Positions 37,873 to 47,358 of a stretch of 64,000 bases of DNA are shown one piece after another (position 1 is the first letter of the stretch; the number at the start of each line of letters is the position of its first letter). Position numbers and translations under genes: made by a program. The notes under the pieces were generated by a model, which worked only from the letters and a program-made list of their open reading frames with translations, did not search any database and was not told where the DNA came from. The stretch spans positions 9,696 through 73,695 of the forward strand of contig DSBG01000136.1 of the NCBI GenBank assembly GCA_011046135.1, in the 5' to 3' direction. Source of the DNA: Deltaproteobacteria bacterium (lineage in GTDB: Bacteria > Desulfobacterota > Desulfomonilia > UBA1062).

Positions 37873-39554
37873 ACCTCGACCCGGTCTTTCCACTTGGCCT
37901 TCGCAGCATAGAGGGCGCTGTCAGCCCTCCTGACGAGTTCCGCCTTGTCGCCCTGTCCATGAGTCAGCGTCCCTACACCGATACTCACCGTCACCTTCAC
38001 CTTTGTGCCATCTCCAAAGGTAAAGGGCGTTGTTCTCACTGCCTCACAAATTCTCTCACCCACCTTGAGCGCATGATGAACCTGTGCGCTGGGAAGAATG
38101 ATGGCGAATTCCTCTCCTCCGTATCGTGCGAGGATATCGATCGTCCGGACCGAATGTCTCAGAAGATTGGCAAGCTGCTTGAGAACCATGTCTCCAAACT
38201 GATGGCCGTAGGTATCATTGAATTTCTTGAAATCATCAATATCCAGGATCAACAGGGAAACCACCCCGTCCTTGAACCTGTGAACACGCTCAAGTTCTTC
38301 CGTGAGACGGTCCTGAAAGTGTCTGTGATTGTAGATGTCCGTGAGCCCGTCAGTGATGGAGAGCAGGCTCAGTTTTTCGTTGAGCATCTTCAGCTCTTCG
38401 CTCGCCTTGTTGAGTTCCCCGGCCCGTGCTTCCAGGGCATCTTTCACCTCTGCCATGTCCCACAGCGTTCTCTCCATTTCTGCATTCTTTTCGAGAAGTT
38501 CGATTTCCAGTGTCTTTTTTTCCGTAATATCGGCGAACATCATGAGCGCCCTCGTACGATGACCTTTTCGGGTAATGACCTGCGCATTGTATTCGATGGT
38601 GAGGAGATGACCCATCCGTGTTTTGAGGGTGCACTCGTTCCCCTTGATTTCTCTGCCTTCCAAAAAGAGCCGTGAGAAAGCAAGGCTAAGGGGTTCAATC
38701 TCGTGTGCTGCCACGAATTCCATGAAGGATCTTCCGGTGATGTCCATCTTCGAGTGTCCAGCTATGGTACAGACAGATTCGTTGCAGTCGAGAATGATTC
38801 CGCGCGGGCTGATATAGAGGATTCCTGACGGCGTCTTCTCGTAGAGCTCGGCAAACCTCTGCTGTTCTTCTCTCAGGGCCCTCTCGATACGTTTCTTCTC
38901 GCTGATGTCCTCAAGCATCAACCAGAGGCATTCCGTATCCCTTCCGGTGATCCACCCCCCCGAGAGCCTGAACTCAATGCGAGTTCCCGTGCTCCTGGTG
39001 AAGAGGATATCACAGGAAGAGATCAAACCCCGGGACTGTCTTGTTGCGGCGTCACATGCCCTGATAAAGGACTCCCTGCTTTCTCGTGAAACGATATCAA
39101 CGATCTGTCTGCCCTGCAGCTCTTCCTGAGCATACCCCAACAGTGAACAGAATGTCTTGTTGGTATAGGCAATGTGTCCCCTGAAGATGATGAGACAGCA
39201 ACTCTGCGAATCGGAGATCATTCTGTGGAAAATTTCCGAATCTCCGTTCTCCAGGGCCGTGTCCGCCTGGCGATCTTCATCTGTGAGGGCGACCAAGCCA
39301 GTATCGTTCAGAAGGGTTTTCGTGTAGGCAAATTCAACTGCTGCATTCTCTTTCGTAGGCAGCGAGATCCTGGCCGGGTCCTGTTCGAAGAGATCGTCGA
39401 AAGAGACCTTCTGGTTGATGACTTCTCGCATTTCACGCTCTTCGTATCCCATCCTGAAGCGCAGTGCATCACTGACATACGTAAGGCGTGAACCCTTGAA
39501 GAGGAGAATATACGGAGAGAGAATATCATGGAGGGTTTCTATATCAAGGTCCAT
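37857..39554 (-). CDS. PAS-domain diguanylate cyclase
   Basis: PAS repeats, coiled coil, ITDGLT..N.R, DIDDFK.FNDTYGH, RTID I-site, GGEEF, RADSALY.AK. Confidence 0.94.
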   Translation of the reverse strand: MDLDIETLHDILSPYILLFKGSRLTYVSDALRFRMGYEEREMREVINQKVSFDDLFEQDPARISLPTKENAAVEFAYTKTLLNDTGLVALTDEDRQADTALENGDSEIFHRMISDSQSCCLIIFRGHIAYTNKTFCSLLGYAQEELQGRQIVDIVSRESRESFIRACDAATRQSRGLISSCDILFTRSTGTRIEFRLSGGWITGRDTECLWLMLEDISEKKRIERALREEQQRFAELYEKTPSGILYISPRGIILDCNESVCTIAGHSKMDITGRSFMEFVAAHEIEPLSLAFSRLFLEGREIKGNECTLKTRMGHLLTIEYNAQVITRKGHRTRALMMFADITEKKTLEIELLEKNAEMERTLWDMAEVKDALEARAGELNKASEELKMLNEKLSLLSITDGLTDIYNHRHFQDRLTEELERVHRFKDGVVSLLILDIDDFKKFNDTYGHQFGDMVLKQLANLLRHSVRTIDILARYGGEEFAIILPSAQVHHALKVGERICEAVRTTPFTFGDGTKVKVTVSIGVGTLTHGQGDKAELVRRADSALYAAKAKWKDRVEVWEED

Positions 39555-40216
39555 CTCTTATTCTTGTCCTCGACAATCTCGCCTGCCTGTTCCATGTCGA
39601 AGAGTACTTTTTCAATCTCCTGAGTGACCATCTCCACATCCATCTCTTCTTCAAGGATACGGATGATGTCCTCTCTTGCCGCACCTCCCGTAAGCTGGAG
39701 GACCTTTTCCGTAAACACCGTGAGATCTTCGTGCTTGGACCAGGGAAAGAGAACCCATCGCCACTGATTCATGACCCTCGGGCAGAAGTCAGCCATGAAT
39801 CGTGAGTCCGCCTTGCTCACGAGCACGGCTGTCCTGATCTGGCCAACCCTGGGCGTGAGGTAGGTCACCACCTCCTCCATGGTTCCCCCTTCATCGCTGA
39901 TGTCATCGACGACGAGCACGCTCTTGTTGGAGAGATCAACCTCCGGCAGGGGGAAAATGAGCGTTGTGGCATCTGTGAGCTGGGTATCGGTCTCCCAGTG
40001 CCCCATCTGAAAGGTACAGATGTATTTCTTCTGAAGATAGTCCACGAGAATCCTTGCAGGAGCGAGCCCTCCGCGGGCAACTCCAATGACAACGTCCGGA
40101 TTGAAATTACTCGCCTTGAGATCGAGATATATCTTCCACAGAAGTTCCTCCACCTCCTCCCAGGAAAGCCTCAAGGCCCGCGGAAAATGTTTCCGAAATC
40201 TGCTCACATCAGTCAT
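39539..40216 (-). CDS. Purine phosphoribosyltransferase-like protein with C-terminal winged-helix-like extension
   Basis: LSWEEV, GVARGGL, VLVVDDISDEGGT PRPP loop, WVLFPW. Confidence 0.85.
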   Translation of the reverse strand: MTDVSRFRKHFPRALRLSWEEVEELLWKIYLDLKASNFNPDVVIGVARGGLAPARILVDYLQKKYICTFQMGHWETDTQLTDATTLIFPLPEVDLSNKSVLVVDDISDEGGTMEEVVTYLTPRVGQIRTAVLVSKADSRFMADFCPRVMNQWRWVLFPWSKHEDLTVFTEKVLQLTGGAAREDIIRILEEEMDVEMVTQEIEKVLFDMEQAGEIVEDKNKRWTLI

Positions 40217-40287
40217 GGCATCACCTTGCTTTCACTGGCTACCCAGTCGACTCTTGGCCTGCCTTTGCCGGATACCTCTGCATCGTG

Positions 40288-41142
40288 TCACCTGGAGAGC
40301 AGCCGAAACAGTGGTCTGTCAAGCGACCCCCTCAGCGAAAATCTCACGGGACCGCCTGTACTCGTCCTTCTCGTGCCCAGAAGGTTCATCATGCTCTCCG
40401 GAAGCATCACCTCTCCCGAGAAGTTTATCCTCGACCTGCTCAGATTCTGTGTGATCTGGAGAGCTCCCTTCATGGAGCCCGAAATCTCGCCTGTCATCTC
40501 CGCTTTCTCAAGGCTGAGAACCCCCCTGTCGAAGCGAGCCTGGACATCGAGCACCTCGAAGCCGATCTCCGAAAGGGGAACCGCTGGTATCGAGATCGGC
40601 AGACCCCCCTGTTTCCAGAGAAACGCGATGTCCCCCGTTGCCCTTTCGAAGGAGTTCGTCGTCGTCTGAATGTCTGCGCTGCCGGTGATGATACCCCTTG
40701 GCTGATACTCAGGAGGCAGAAGCCCTGAGAGCTTCGCCAGATCGACATCTTCCACATTCAGGGTTGCCTTCATGGTCTGGCCAAAGCCGACGATCGGGGT
40801 CTTCACCGTCCCTGTGCCGGATCCGGAGGGAAGGTTCGCCTTCAGATCCAGGGAGACAGACCCGGCAAGCAGGCCCATCATGGCCGGACGCACGATGATC
40901 CGGTCAAGGACAGGCACTGCATCGATACGGAGGCCATCCACAGCCAGGGAAAAGGGCAACCCGGGGTGTACATGTCCGATGCTCACGTCCCTGCCGAAGG
41001 CGCTGCTCAATGAATCTTCCAGGGTGTCCTTGAGGATATCGTAGGGAAAGCGAAGATACAGGAAGAGTGCGAGACAGACAACACCGTAGACCACCAGTGC
41101 GACGATTCCGTAAAAGGACCTCTTCCGCTTCGTTTCAGCCAT
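40288..41142 (-). CDS. gspN: Type II secretion protein GspN (deltaproteobacterial type)
   Basis: TM then FPY, beta-rich body, C-terminal GSLDRP; last gene of the gsp run. Confidence 0.8.
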   Translation of the reverse strand: MAETKRKRSFYGIVALVVYGVVCLALFLYLRFPYDILKDTLEDSLSSAFGRDVSIGHVHPGLPFSLAVDGLRIDAVPVLDRIIVRPAMMGLLAGSVSLDLKANLPSGSGTGTVKTPIVGFGQTMKATLNVEDVDLAKLSGLLPPEYQPRGIITGSADIQTTTNSFERATGDIAFLWKQGGLPISIPAVPLSEIGFEVLDVQARFDRGVLSLEKAEMTGEISGSMKGALQITQNLSRSRINFSGEVMLPESMMNLLGTRRTSTGGPVRFSLRGSLDRPLFRLLSR

Positions 41143-41677
41143 GGTGAACCACCTGGAACGTCACGTCAAGGATACCCTCTCGTTCGAGGCGCTTGAGATT
41201 GAGGCGCTTGATCTGCAGTGCGTGTGGAACATTCTCGATTCCGTAGAGCAGACCCAGGAGGTCTTCCTGATAGAGGCCACGGATCTTCACCTCGACAGAC
41301 TCCCGGCTGGCCTCTCCGGCTTCCCTGATGGGTTTCATGTACTCGATACGGTCACTGATCTCAAGGGAAACGGCAAGCTGTTCGAGAAAGCTGAACAGGT
41401 TGAAATTCTTGTCCTGCACATTCGCAGCAGCAGCTTCAGACCTGGAGGACAATCGAATTTCCTCCGAGAGTTGATAGACGTTCCCGAGTTGGATCTCCTT
41501 TGATGCCACAGCCTTTGTGAGTGCTACGCGTGTATCGAGGAGCGGGTTGATGATGAAGACTACCAGGACGAAGATACCGATCGTGATAGCTCCTGCGAGG
41601 AGAATCAGCCGTTCTCTCCTGGAAAGGGCAGAGAACAGCCCAATGCTTTGCCTGATTTTCTGTATCAGATTTTGCAT
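41135..41677 (-). CDS. gspM: Type II secretion protein GspM
   Basis: LSRRERLIL plus TM, coiled coil, ferredoxin-like C-terminus (L...LY.IE). Confidence 0.85.
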   Translation of the reverse strand: MQNLIQKIRQSIGLFSALSRRERLILLAGAITIGIFVLVVFIINPLLDTRVALTKAVASKEIQLGNVYQLSEEIRLSSRSEAAAANVQDKNFNLFSFLEQLAVSLEISDRIEYMKPIREAGEASRESVEVKIRGLYQEDLLGLLYGIENVPHALQIKRLNLKRLEREGILDVTFQVVHHG

Positions 41678-43173
41678 ACCAGTCTCAGCTTGACCCTCTG
41701 GTCATTCTTGTCAATATTTGCAGAGATGATCTTCACCTCTGTGATGTACTCAATTCCTGCCAGTGCGATTCTGATCCTGTCGACATTGTCATAGGTCTTC
41801 GTCGATCCGCTGATAGTAAGGTTTTCTTCATCGATAGTGACGGTATCGAATACCACGTCGATGTCACGGGGAATCTTGACGCTCATATCCTTGAGCATCT
41901 CCAGGGTACTGTCTTTACCCCTTTTTTCGATACGTCCGGATTTACCGGACATGCGTGCCAGATACTGCTCCATCTGCCTGATAGGATCCACCAGCGGAGT
42001 TCCCGTGGGCATGACGGAACTGAACTCCGCCTGTATCCTCCTGGAGAGCTCATTACTGATCCTGGTTTTGAAGGAGACATCCAGACCGACCCCAAAGATC
42101 CAGAGGACCAGCAGGATGCAGGCAACCCTGATCCACTTCACAGCATATTCCCTGAACTTTTCGAGTTTCTTGGTGGACCTCAGCTCCTGCTGCCGGAGAT
42201 TGATCCCCCCTCCGGGGTCGAGCCCCCGGATTGCCAGAGATACGGAGAGAAAATTGAGCAGGAGTTCCTCTTGAGACCCGTCATGTCGGAGCTCTCTGGA
42301 GGCCGGCATCCCGCAGTGAATCCCCCCTTCCTGTTCGAAGCGAGCAGGAAGATCTGTGATGAGTCGTGCATATCCTGTCGGGACCAGTTCAGGATCCTGC
42401 TCTTCCCGGCTGAACCGCTGCAGCGTAATGAGCACCTCACGGAGGTAGTGGTCCAGTTGTTTCCCTGCCTCAATGCCCCTGGCACGTACCTCCTGGGTAA
42501 TTTCGGTCAGTGTGCACCCTTTTTCACGCACCACGGCCGAAAGGATCGTGGAGAGACCGTAGGGAAATGAACACGCATACCTGAGTCTTTTTCCACTGAA
42601 CAGGGCAAGGGAAGAATCGTTGAAGTCCATGTGCAGGAAGAGATATCCTTTCCCCTCAGCGAGATCGAAGAGATTCCGTGCCCCGGAGCTCAAAGCCATA
42701 GACGGGGCCTCAATCTCCTCAGGGTCGATCCCTGCAGCCTGGAGCGTGGTGATATGTTCCCTCACCTCGTTGAACCCAGTGGAAATGGTTTCTATGAGAT
42801 GCTGACCCGACTCGTCCTTTTCCAGCATCACGAAATCCGTTATCACCCGTGATTCCATGATAGGCAGCAACGATTCGACTTCAGGGCCGATGGTATCTGC
42901 GATCTTTCTTCGGTCGGCAAACGGCCTGGATACGGTACGGTACATGATCTGGTTTTCTTCAAGGCATGAAATCCTTGTGTCCGCCGTCATTCCGAGTTCC
43001 TGTACCAGCAGAGAGATATCGTGGGTCACGGTGTGTTTCGGTGTGTTGTTTTCACTGCACTCCCTGGGAATACGCACCATCTTCTCAATGGTATATTCTG
43101 ATATTCCCGCCTTGATTACCGCTGCTTGCACATGAATATCATTCCAGCAGATTCCCAGGGAACTTTTGGCCAT
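41665..43173 (-). CDS. gspL: Type II secretion protein GspL (actin-like cytoplasmic domain plus PilN-like periplasmic domain)
   Basis: R....PF.D.RKI..TI..E.E, AGIDP, INLR.E, TM, periplasmic domain; between gspK and gspM. Confidence 0.85.
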   Translation of the reverse strand: MAKSSLGICWNDIHVQAAVIKAGISEYTIEKMVRIPRECSENNTPKHTVTHDISLLVQELGMTADTRISCLEENQIMYRTVSRPFADRRKIADTIGPEVESLLPIMESRVITDFVMLEKDESGQHLIETISTGFNEVREHITTLQAAGIDPEEIEAPSMALSSGARNLFDLAEGKGYLFLHMDFNDSSLALFSGKRLRYACSFPYGLSTILSAVVREKGCTLTEITQEVRARGIEAGKQLDHYLREVLITLQRFSREEQDPELVPTGYARLITDLPARFEQEGGIHCGMPASRELRHDGSQEELLLNFLSVSLAIRGLDPGGGINLRQQELRSTKKLEKFREYAVKWIRVACILLVLWIFGVGLDVSFKTRISNELSRRIQAEFSSVMPTGTPLVDPIRQMEQYLARMSGKSGRIEKRGKDSTLEMLKDMSVKIPRDIDVVFDTVTIDEENLTISGSTKTYDNVDRIRIALAGIEYITEVKIISANIDKNDQRVKLRLVCKI

Positions 43174-43192
43174 CTTCACTTTCCTCGTTTTT

Positions 43193-44158
43193 TCAATGGA
43201 TCGTATAATACACGATTCGTGCCTTGTTGTGAATGCGTTCAAGATACGCCCGCACATTCACCTGTGCACCGCTGGGCATGAACCCCTTCGCCTCGACGCA
43301 AAAACGCCGGCTCTTGATGTCGAGACTTTGTTTGATCCAGTTCACCTCGGCAGTATCCTCCTCGAGATCTATCCCCTGTATGCAGAAAAAATCAAGCTCT
43401 CTGAAGGGTCTACAATCGAGAATGCTCTGGATTACCTCGTCTGTCATCAGGTCCGACATGCTCCTGAGCACGGTCTCTTTCGCTGTATTGATGTTCACCT
43501 TTCCCCCGGTGGATACCGTAACATATTCCTGGATGCCTTCATAGCTCTCTGTCCCGTAAAAGTATTCCGGTTTCATGCCTTTGACCAGGAGAATCTCTTC
43601 GGGAGCATCCATGGGTCTGTTCTTGCAGACATAGGGAACATCGAGGGATTCGTAATAGTCTGTTTCTGCGCCGAAGACCGTGTCATCATCAGGATCGATC
43701 CAGTCCACAACGGCATTTGCGAGATCATCGAGCTCCACCTCCGTGATGTCGATCTCGAGCAGGAAGAACAACCGCTTGAACTGGGCGATCCTGAACTCCT
43801 CCTCCTCAGGGTTTCCGAGGCTGTTCAGATCGAATTTTGCGGATTCATCGCTCAGTGTTCCGGAAAAAACAGGCCCCTCCAGGAACGACGACGCAACAGC
43901 GGCATATTCTGAAAAACCTCCCCATTCCTCATCCTCGGAATCATAGGTGGGATCATCCTGGTCCAGCATGACCAACGCGGCCTCGACACCGGCCCGGGCG
44001 AGATACTGTGCCTGAATGGCATCCCGGAAATTATAGGCGAGTTCGATATCGAAGCTCTGCTCTGTGCTGAAATTCACGATCATGACCGTGAACAGAGCGA
44101 CGACACCGAGAACGAGAACGAGAACGAGACCTTTTCTGTCCCGGACGAGGTGTATCAT
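43193..44158 (-). CDS. gspK: Minor pseudopilin GspK
   Basis: KGLVLVLVL N-terminus, QA.YLARAG, DES.K..LN, DWIDPDD, GKVNINTA. Confidence 0.92.
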   Translation of the reverse strand: MIHLVRDRKGLVLVLVLGVVALFTVMIVNFSTEQSFDIELAYNFRDAIQAQYLARAGVEAALVMLDQDDPTYDSEDEEWGGFSEYAAVASSFLEGPVFSGTLSDESAKFDLNSLGNPEEEEFRIAQFKRLFFLLEIDITEVELDDLANAVVDWIDPDDDTVFGAETDYYESLDVPYVCKNRPMDAPEEILLVKGMKPEYFYGTESYEGIQEYVTVSTGGKVNINTAKETVLRSMSDLMTDEVIQSILDCRPFRELDFFCIQGIDLEEDTAEVNWIKQSLDIKSRRFCVEAKGFMPSGAQVNVRAYLERIHNKARIVYYTIH

Positions 44159-44161
44159 GCC

Positions 44162-44854
44162 TTACCCCTGGGCTCCCTTGATCTTGATCCCGGCGAGGGG
44201 CGGCGATGCCACTGCGGTAAAGGTGAGACTCTCTTCACCCTTGGAAAACGTAAGACTCACCCTGACCTGCCGGGGGAGAGACCGTTCCGTTTCCAGATCC
44301 CATTCATCCCGGCTCTGCGAATACTCATCGATGTACTCGATGTTCATCTTCACCAGGTCTTCTGCGAGTTCCAGCTCCGGGCCCGATGTACTTATCCCAT
44401 AGTGCGGGAGGGGGTCTTCCCTCCTCATGAGCATATACAGCCCGGGCTTTTCATCCATCTCCTTGAGGTAGTAGGCGACCTCTGTCAGTCCTGCAAAGAT
44501 ACTGGAGAAACCGATATTCGTCGTCGTGGTCAGCACGAGGCTGTCCCTGTCCATCTCAAAGCCTGTGCCATGCACCCCGATGAATCGATACAGCGAGACC
44601 TCCACCGTACTCAGTTCCTGTTCCGAGGAGGGAACATACGCACAGGTGATGTCTTTGATGATGCGGTCCATGGTGATGCGAACCATCTGGTAGGCCTCTC
44701 TCTGCTCTGAGATCGCCCTAATATTCCTGTGCGAGAGGAAGAAGGTCATGTTCACGGTTGTGATCACCATGGCCGCAATCGCAAGGGCCAGGAGCAACTC
44801 GAGGAGGGTGAATCCATCAGCGCCGCGAAAGAAACGACATGATCTCCGTTTCAT
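44162..44854 (-). CDS. gspJ: Minor pseudopilin GspJ
   Basis: GFTLLELLLAL prepilin motif; W...LP..V C-terminus. Confidence 0.85.
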   Translation of the reverse strand: MKRRSCRFFRGADGFTLLELLLALAIAAMVITTVNMTFFLSHRNIRAISEQREAYQMVRITMDRIIKDITCAYVPSSEQELSTVEVSLYRFIGVHGTGFEMDRDSLVLTTTTNIGFSSIFAGLTEVAYYLKEMDEKPGLYMLMRREDPLPHYGISTSGPELELAEDLVKMNIEYIDEYSQSRDEWDLETERSLPRQVRVSLTFSKGEESLTFTAVASPPLAGIKIKGAQG

Positions 44855-45176
44855 ACGTGCCCTCCCCGGATCCCCAGCGCACCGTGAGGGTATACTTGAA
44901 GTATCCGCTCATCGGGGTCTGTTCGATTTCTTCGGTATAGGTATATCCTTCGAATTCTTCACCGAAATCCCCCTGCCTGCTGCCGGAGGAGAACGCTTCA
45001 ATTCCCGCGGTGACATCAGCGATGCGTTTCTGGGCAAGCAAGGTCGAAGTTGTAATGAATCGAGATCTCAGGGCCATATCAATACCCTGCGACTCGGCAC
45101 TGACAAGGGTGAGCAGAGCGATACCGAGAATAGCGACGGCAACGAGCACCTCGAGGAGGGTGAATCCCTTAGCCAT
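44817..45176 (-). CDS. gspI: Minor pseudopilin GspI
   Basis: MAKGFTLLEVLVAVAIL; short; position in the operon. Confidence 0.85.
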   Translation of the reverse strand: MAKGFTLLEVLVAVAILGIALLTLVSAESQGIDMALRSRFITTSTLLAQKRIADVTAGIEAFSSGSRQGDFGEEFEGYTYTEEIEQTPMSGYFKYTLTVRWGSGEGTYETEIMSFLSRR

Positions 45177-45696
45177 AGGTGACTCCGACCAGGCGATCAT
45201 AGACACGCACCGCCCCGGAGAAGGGCTTTATCATGAGGGTATAGATCTTGCCGAAGCTCCCTTCCAGATAGATGACACCCTGCTCCACGATTCCCTCGGG
45301 AGTCACTTTCAGGTCCATCGACCCCTGTTCTTTCTCATTCTGATAGGGACTCTTTATTCCTGTGATGCTCACTCCCTTGGGAAGCTCTCGCTGAATGATC
45401 ATCTCAGGCACGATCCCGGAGGTCTCGGGTAAGGGATATACCCCCACCCATGACTGATCGATGTCAAAGTGCAGGTAGTGGGTTTTGTGCTGCGTCAGTG
45501 CCGTGGACCTGGCAAACTGGATCACCGCCATGATATCCCTGCTCGCCTTGTCCAGGTTCGATGACGAAAAGCCCGTGAAAAGACGGGGCCCCACATACCC
45601 AAGCGAAATACCGATAATCACGAGAACTATTACCAGCTCAAGGAGGGTAAACCCGTTACTGAATCGCCTCACTGTCCCAGTTCCCGATGTCGGCAT
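45169..45696 (-). CDS. gspH: Minor pseudopilin GspH
   Basis: GFTLLELVIVLVII, AR..A FimT/GspH pattern; start uncertain (45696 or 45672). Confidence 0.82.
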   Translation of the reverse strand: MPTSGTGTVRRFSNGFTLLELVIVLVIIGISLGYVGPRLFTGFSSSNLDKASRDIMAVIQFARSTALTQHKTHYLHFDIDQSWVGVYPLPETSGIVPEMIIQRELPKGVSITGIKSPYQNEKEQGSMDLKVTPEGIVEQGVIYLEGSFGKIYTLMIKPFSGAVRVYDRLVGVTYG

Positions 45697-46105
45697 CCAT
45701 CCCCTCTCCGCCGGGTTGGCCGTCAGCTCCATAGGAGAAGAGATCAAATCCGTTGGGGTTGTACACTCCCGGATAGAGATAGACATAGTCGTTGTTCCAC
45801 GGGTCTTTGGGGAGCGTGCTCTTCTCAAGATAGCCCCCTTCTCTCCAGTTCCTCGGAATATTCCCGACAGAGGGTTTTTCTACGAGAGCTTTCAATCCCT
45901 GGTCAGTGGAAGGATACTCACCGTTATCCAGCATATACATCTTGAGTGCATTCTCGAGGGCCTGGATCTGGATTTTTGCTTGAGTTCTGCGCGCCTCCTC
46001 CGGCCTGCTCATGATCCGAGTCCCGACAAAGGTTGCCAGGATGCTCAGGATGACGATCACCACCAGGAGCTCTATCAAGGTAAATCCTCTTGCGTTCTTT
46101 CTCAT
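45656..46105 (-). CDS. gspG: Major pseudopilin GspG
   Basis: RGFTLIELLVV, Y.LDNG.YPST.QGL.AL, PKDPWNNDY, SYGADG..GG. Confidence 0.96.
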   Translation of the reverse strand: MRKNARGFTLIELLVVIVILSILATFVGTRIMSRPEEARRTQAKIQIQALENALKMYMLDNGEYPSTDQGLKALVEKPSVGNIPRNWREGGYLEKSTLPKDPWNNDYVYLYPGVYNPNGFDLFSYGADGQPGGEGMDADIGNWDSEAIQ

Positions 46106-46118
46106 TGTTCCTCCGTTT

Positions 46119-47342
46119 CTACCGAACGATCGTACTCATTTCCAGCATGGGCATGAGGATGGACAACACGACGAATCCCACGAGGACCCCCATGATCACG
46201 ATCATGAGGGGCTCAAGCAGAGAGGTGAGCCCAGCCACGGATGTCTCGACATCCTCCTCAAATGCATCAGCTGCCTTCATGAGCATCTCCTCGAGACTCC
46301 CGCTTTTCTCACCCACACTGATCATGTGGATGATGATGGGGGGGAAGACTCCTGACTTTTTTAAGGGTGCGGCGATACTCGAACCGTCCATGACCTCGGT
46401 GATGGCGTCTTCGATGGCATGCTCCATGACCCTGTTCTGAACAACCGTCTTGACAATGCGCAACGAATCGATGATCGGCACCCCGGAGGCGAGAAGGGTA
46501 CCCAGGGTTCTGGCAAATCGAGCCACGGAAACCTTCCGGTAGATGACACCATAAATCGGCGCTCTCAACCTGAGCCGGTCAAAACCCATTGCCCCCCTGT
46601 CTGTCTTTTTCCACCGCATGACCATATACCCCGCACCACCGAACACGAGAAGGATCAGCCACCAGGTGGATGCAAGAAAGTCACTCGCCCCGATAAGGAT
46701 CCTGGTGGGCAGGGGAAGGACCTGTTCCATGGTCTCAAACATGCTCACCACCTTGGGTACGACGGCGACGAGAAGGTAGAAGAGAACGAGAAAAGAGATG
46801 CCGAGCAGAAAGACCGGGTAGATCATGGCTGCAGAAATTTTTGATCTCAGGCGGTGCTGTCCCTCCAGAAACTCCGCCAGTCTCAGCAACACGACATCCA
46901 AAGCCCCGCTTACCTCCCCGGATCTCACCATATTGATGTAGAGATCAGGGAATATATTCGTGTGCTCTGAGAGTGCATCGGCAAACGAGAGACCTTCGTT
47001 GACGGAGTCCCTGACCCGGGCCACGGTTCTCTTCATTGCCTGGCCATCGGTCTGGTCGTACAAGGCGCTCAAGGCGTCCACCAGGGGAATGGAGGCACCG
47101 ATGAGGGTCGAGAGCTGCCTCGTCATGACTGTGACATCCTCCAGCCGCACCCGGGTGAGAAAACGCCTCAGGGAAAGATCCTGAATCGATTGAACAGGAG
47201 CCGAGATCTCCTCTGAGATAGAGCTGACATAGACCCCCTGAGAGCGGAGCTTGAGCTTGGCCTCTCTCAGAGATGATGCGTCGATCAATCCCTGCGAGGC
47301 CTTACCCTTTTCCGTGTATCCGTTCCAGGTATATACCGCCAA
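46119..47342 (-). CDS. gspF: Type II secretion inner membrane platform protein GspF
   Basis: TRQLSTL, GE.SGALD.VL.RLA, AMIYP, LPLPT, GEKSGSLE.ML, LLEP; TTG start after GAGG. Confidence 0.95.
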   Translation of the reverse strand: MAVYTWNGYTEKGKASQGLIDASSLREAKLKLRSQGVYVSSISEEISAPVQSIQDLSLRRFLTRVRLEDVTVMTRQLSTLIGASIPLVDALSALYDQTDGQAMKRTVARVRDSVNEGLSFADALSEHTNIFPDLYINMVRSGEVSGALDVVLLRLAEFLEGQHRLRSKISAAMIYPVFLLGISFLVLFYLLVAVVPKVVSMFETMEQVLPLPTRILIGASDFLASTWWLILLVFGGAGYMVMRWKKTDRGAMGFDRLRLRAPIYGVIYRKVSVARFARTLGTLLASGVPIIDSLRIVKTVVQNRVMEHAIEDAITEVMDGSSIAAPLKKSGVFPPIIIHMISVGEKSGSLEEMLMKAADAFEEDVETSVAGLTSLLEPLMIVIMGVLVGFVVLSILMPMLEMSTIVR

Positions 47343-47358
47343 GAGACCACCTCATTCC

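Noticed and set aside
37788-38675. 295-aa plus-strand ORF
   Set aside because: Typical antisense frame of a GGDEF domain
44109-44129. GAACGA tandem repeat
   Set aside because: Encodes the LVLVLV hydrophobic N-terminus of GspK; not a contingency locus
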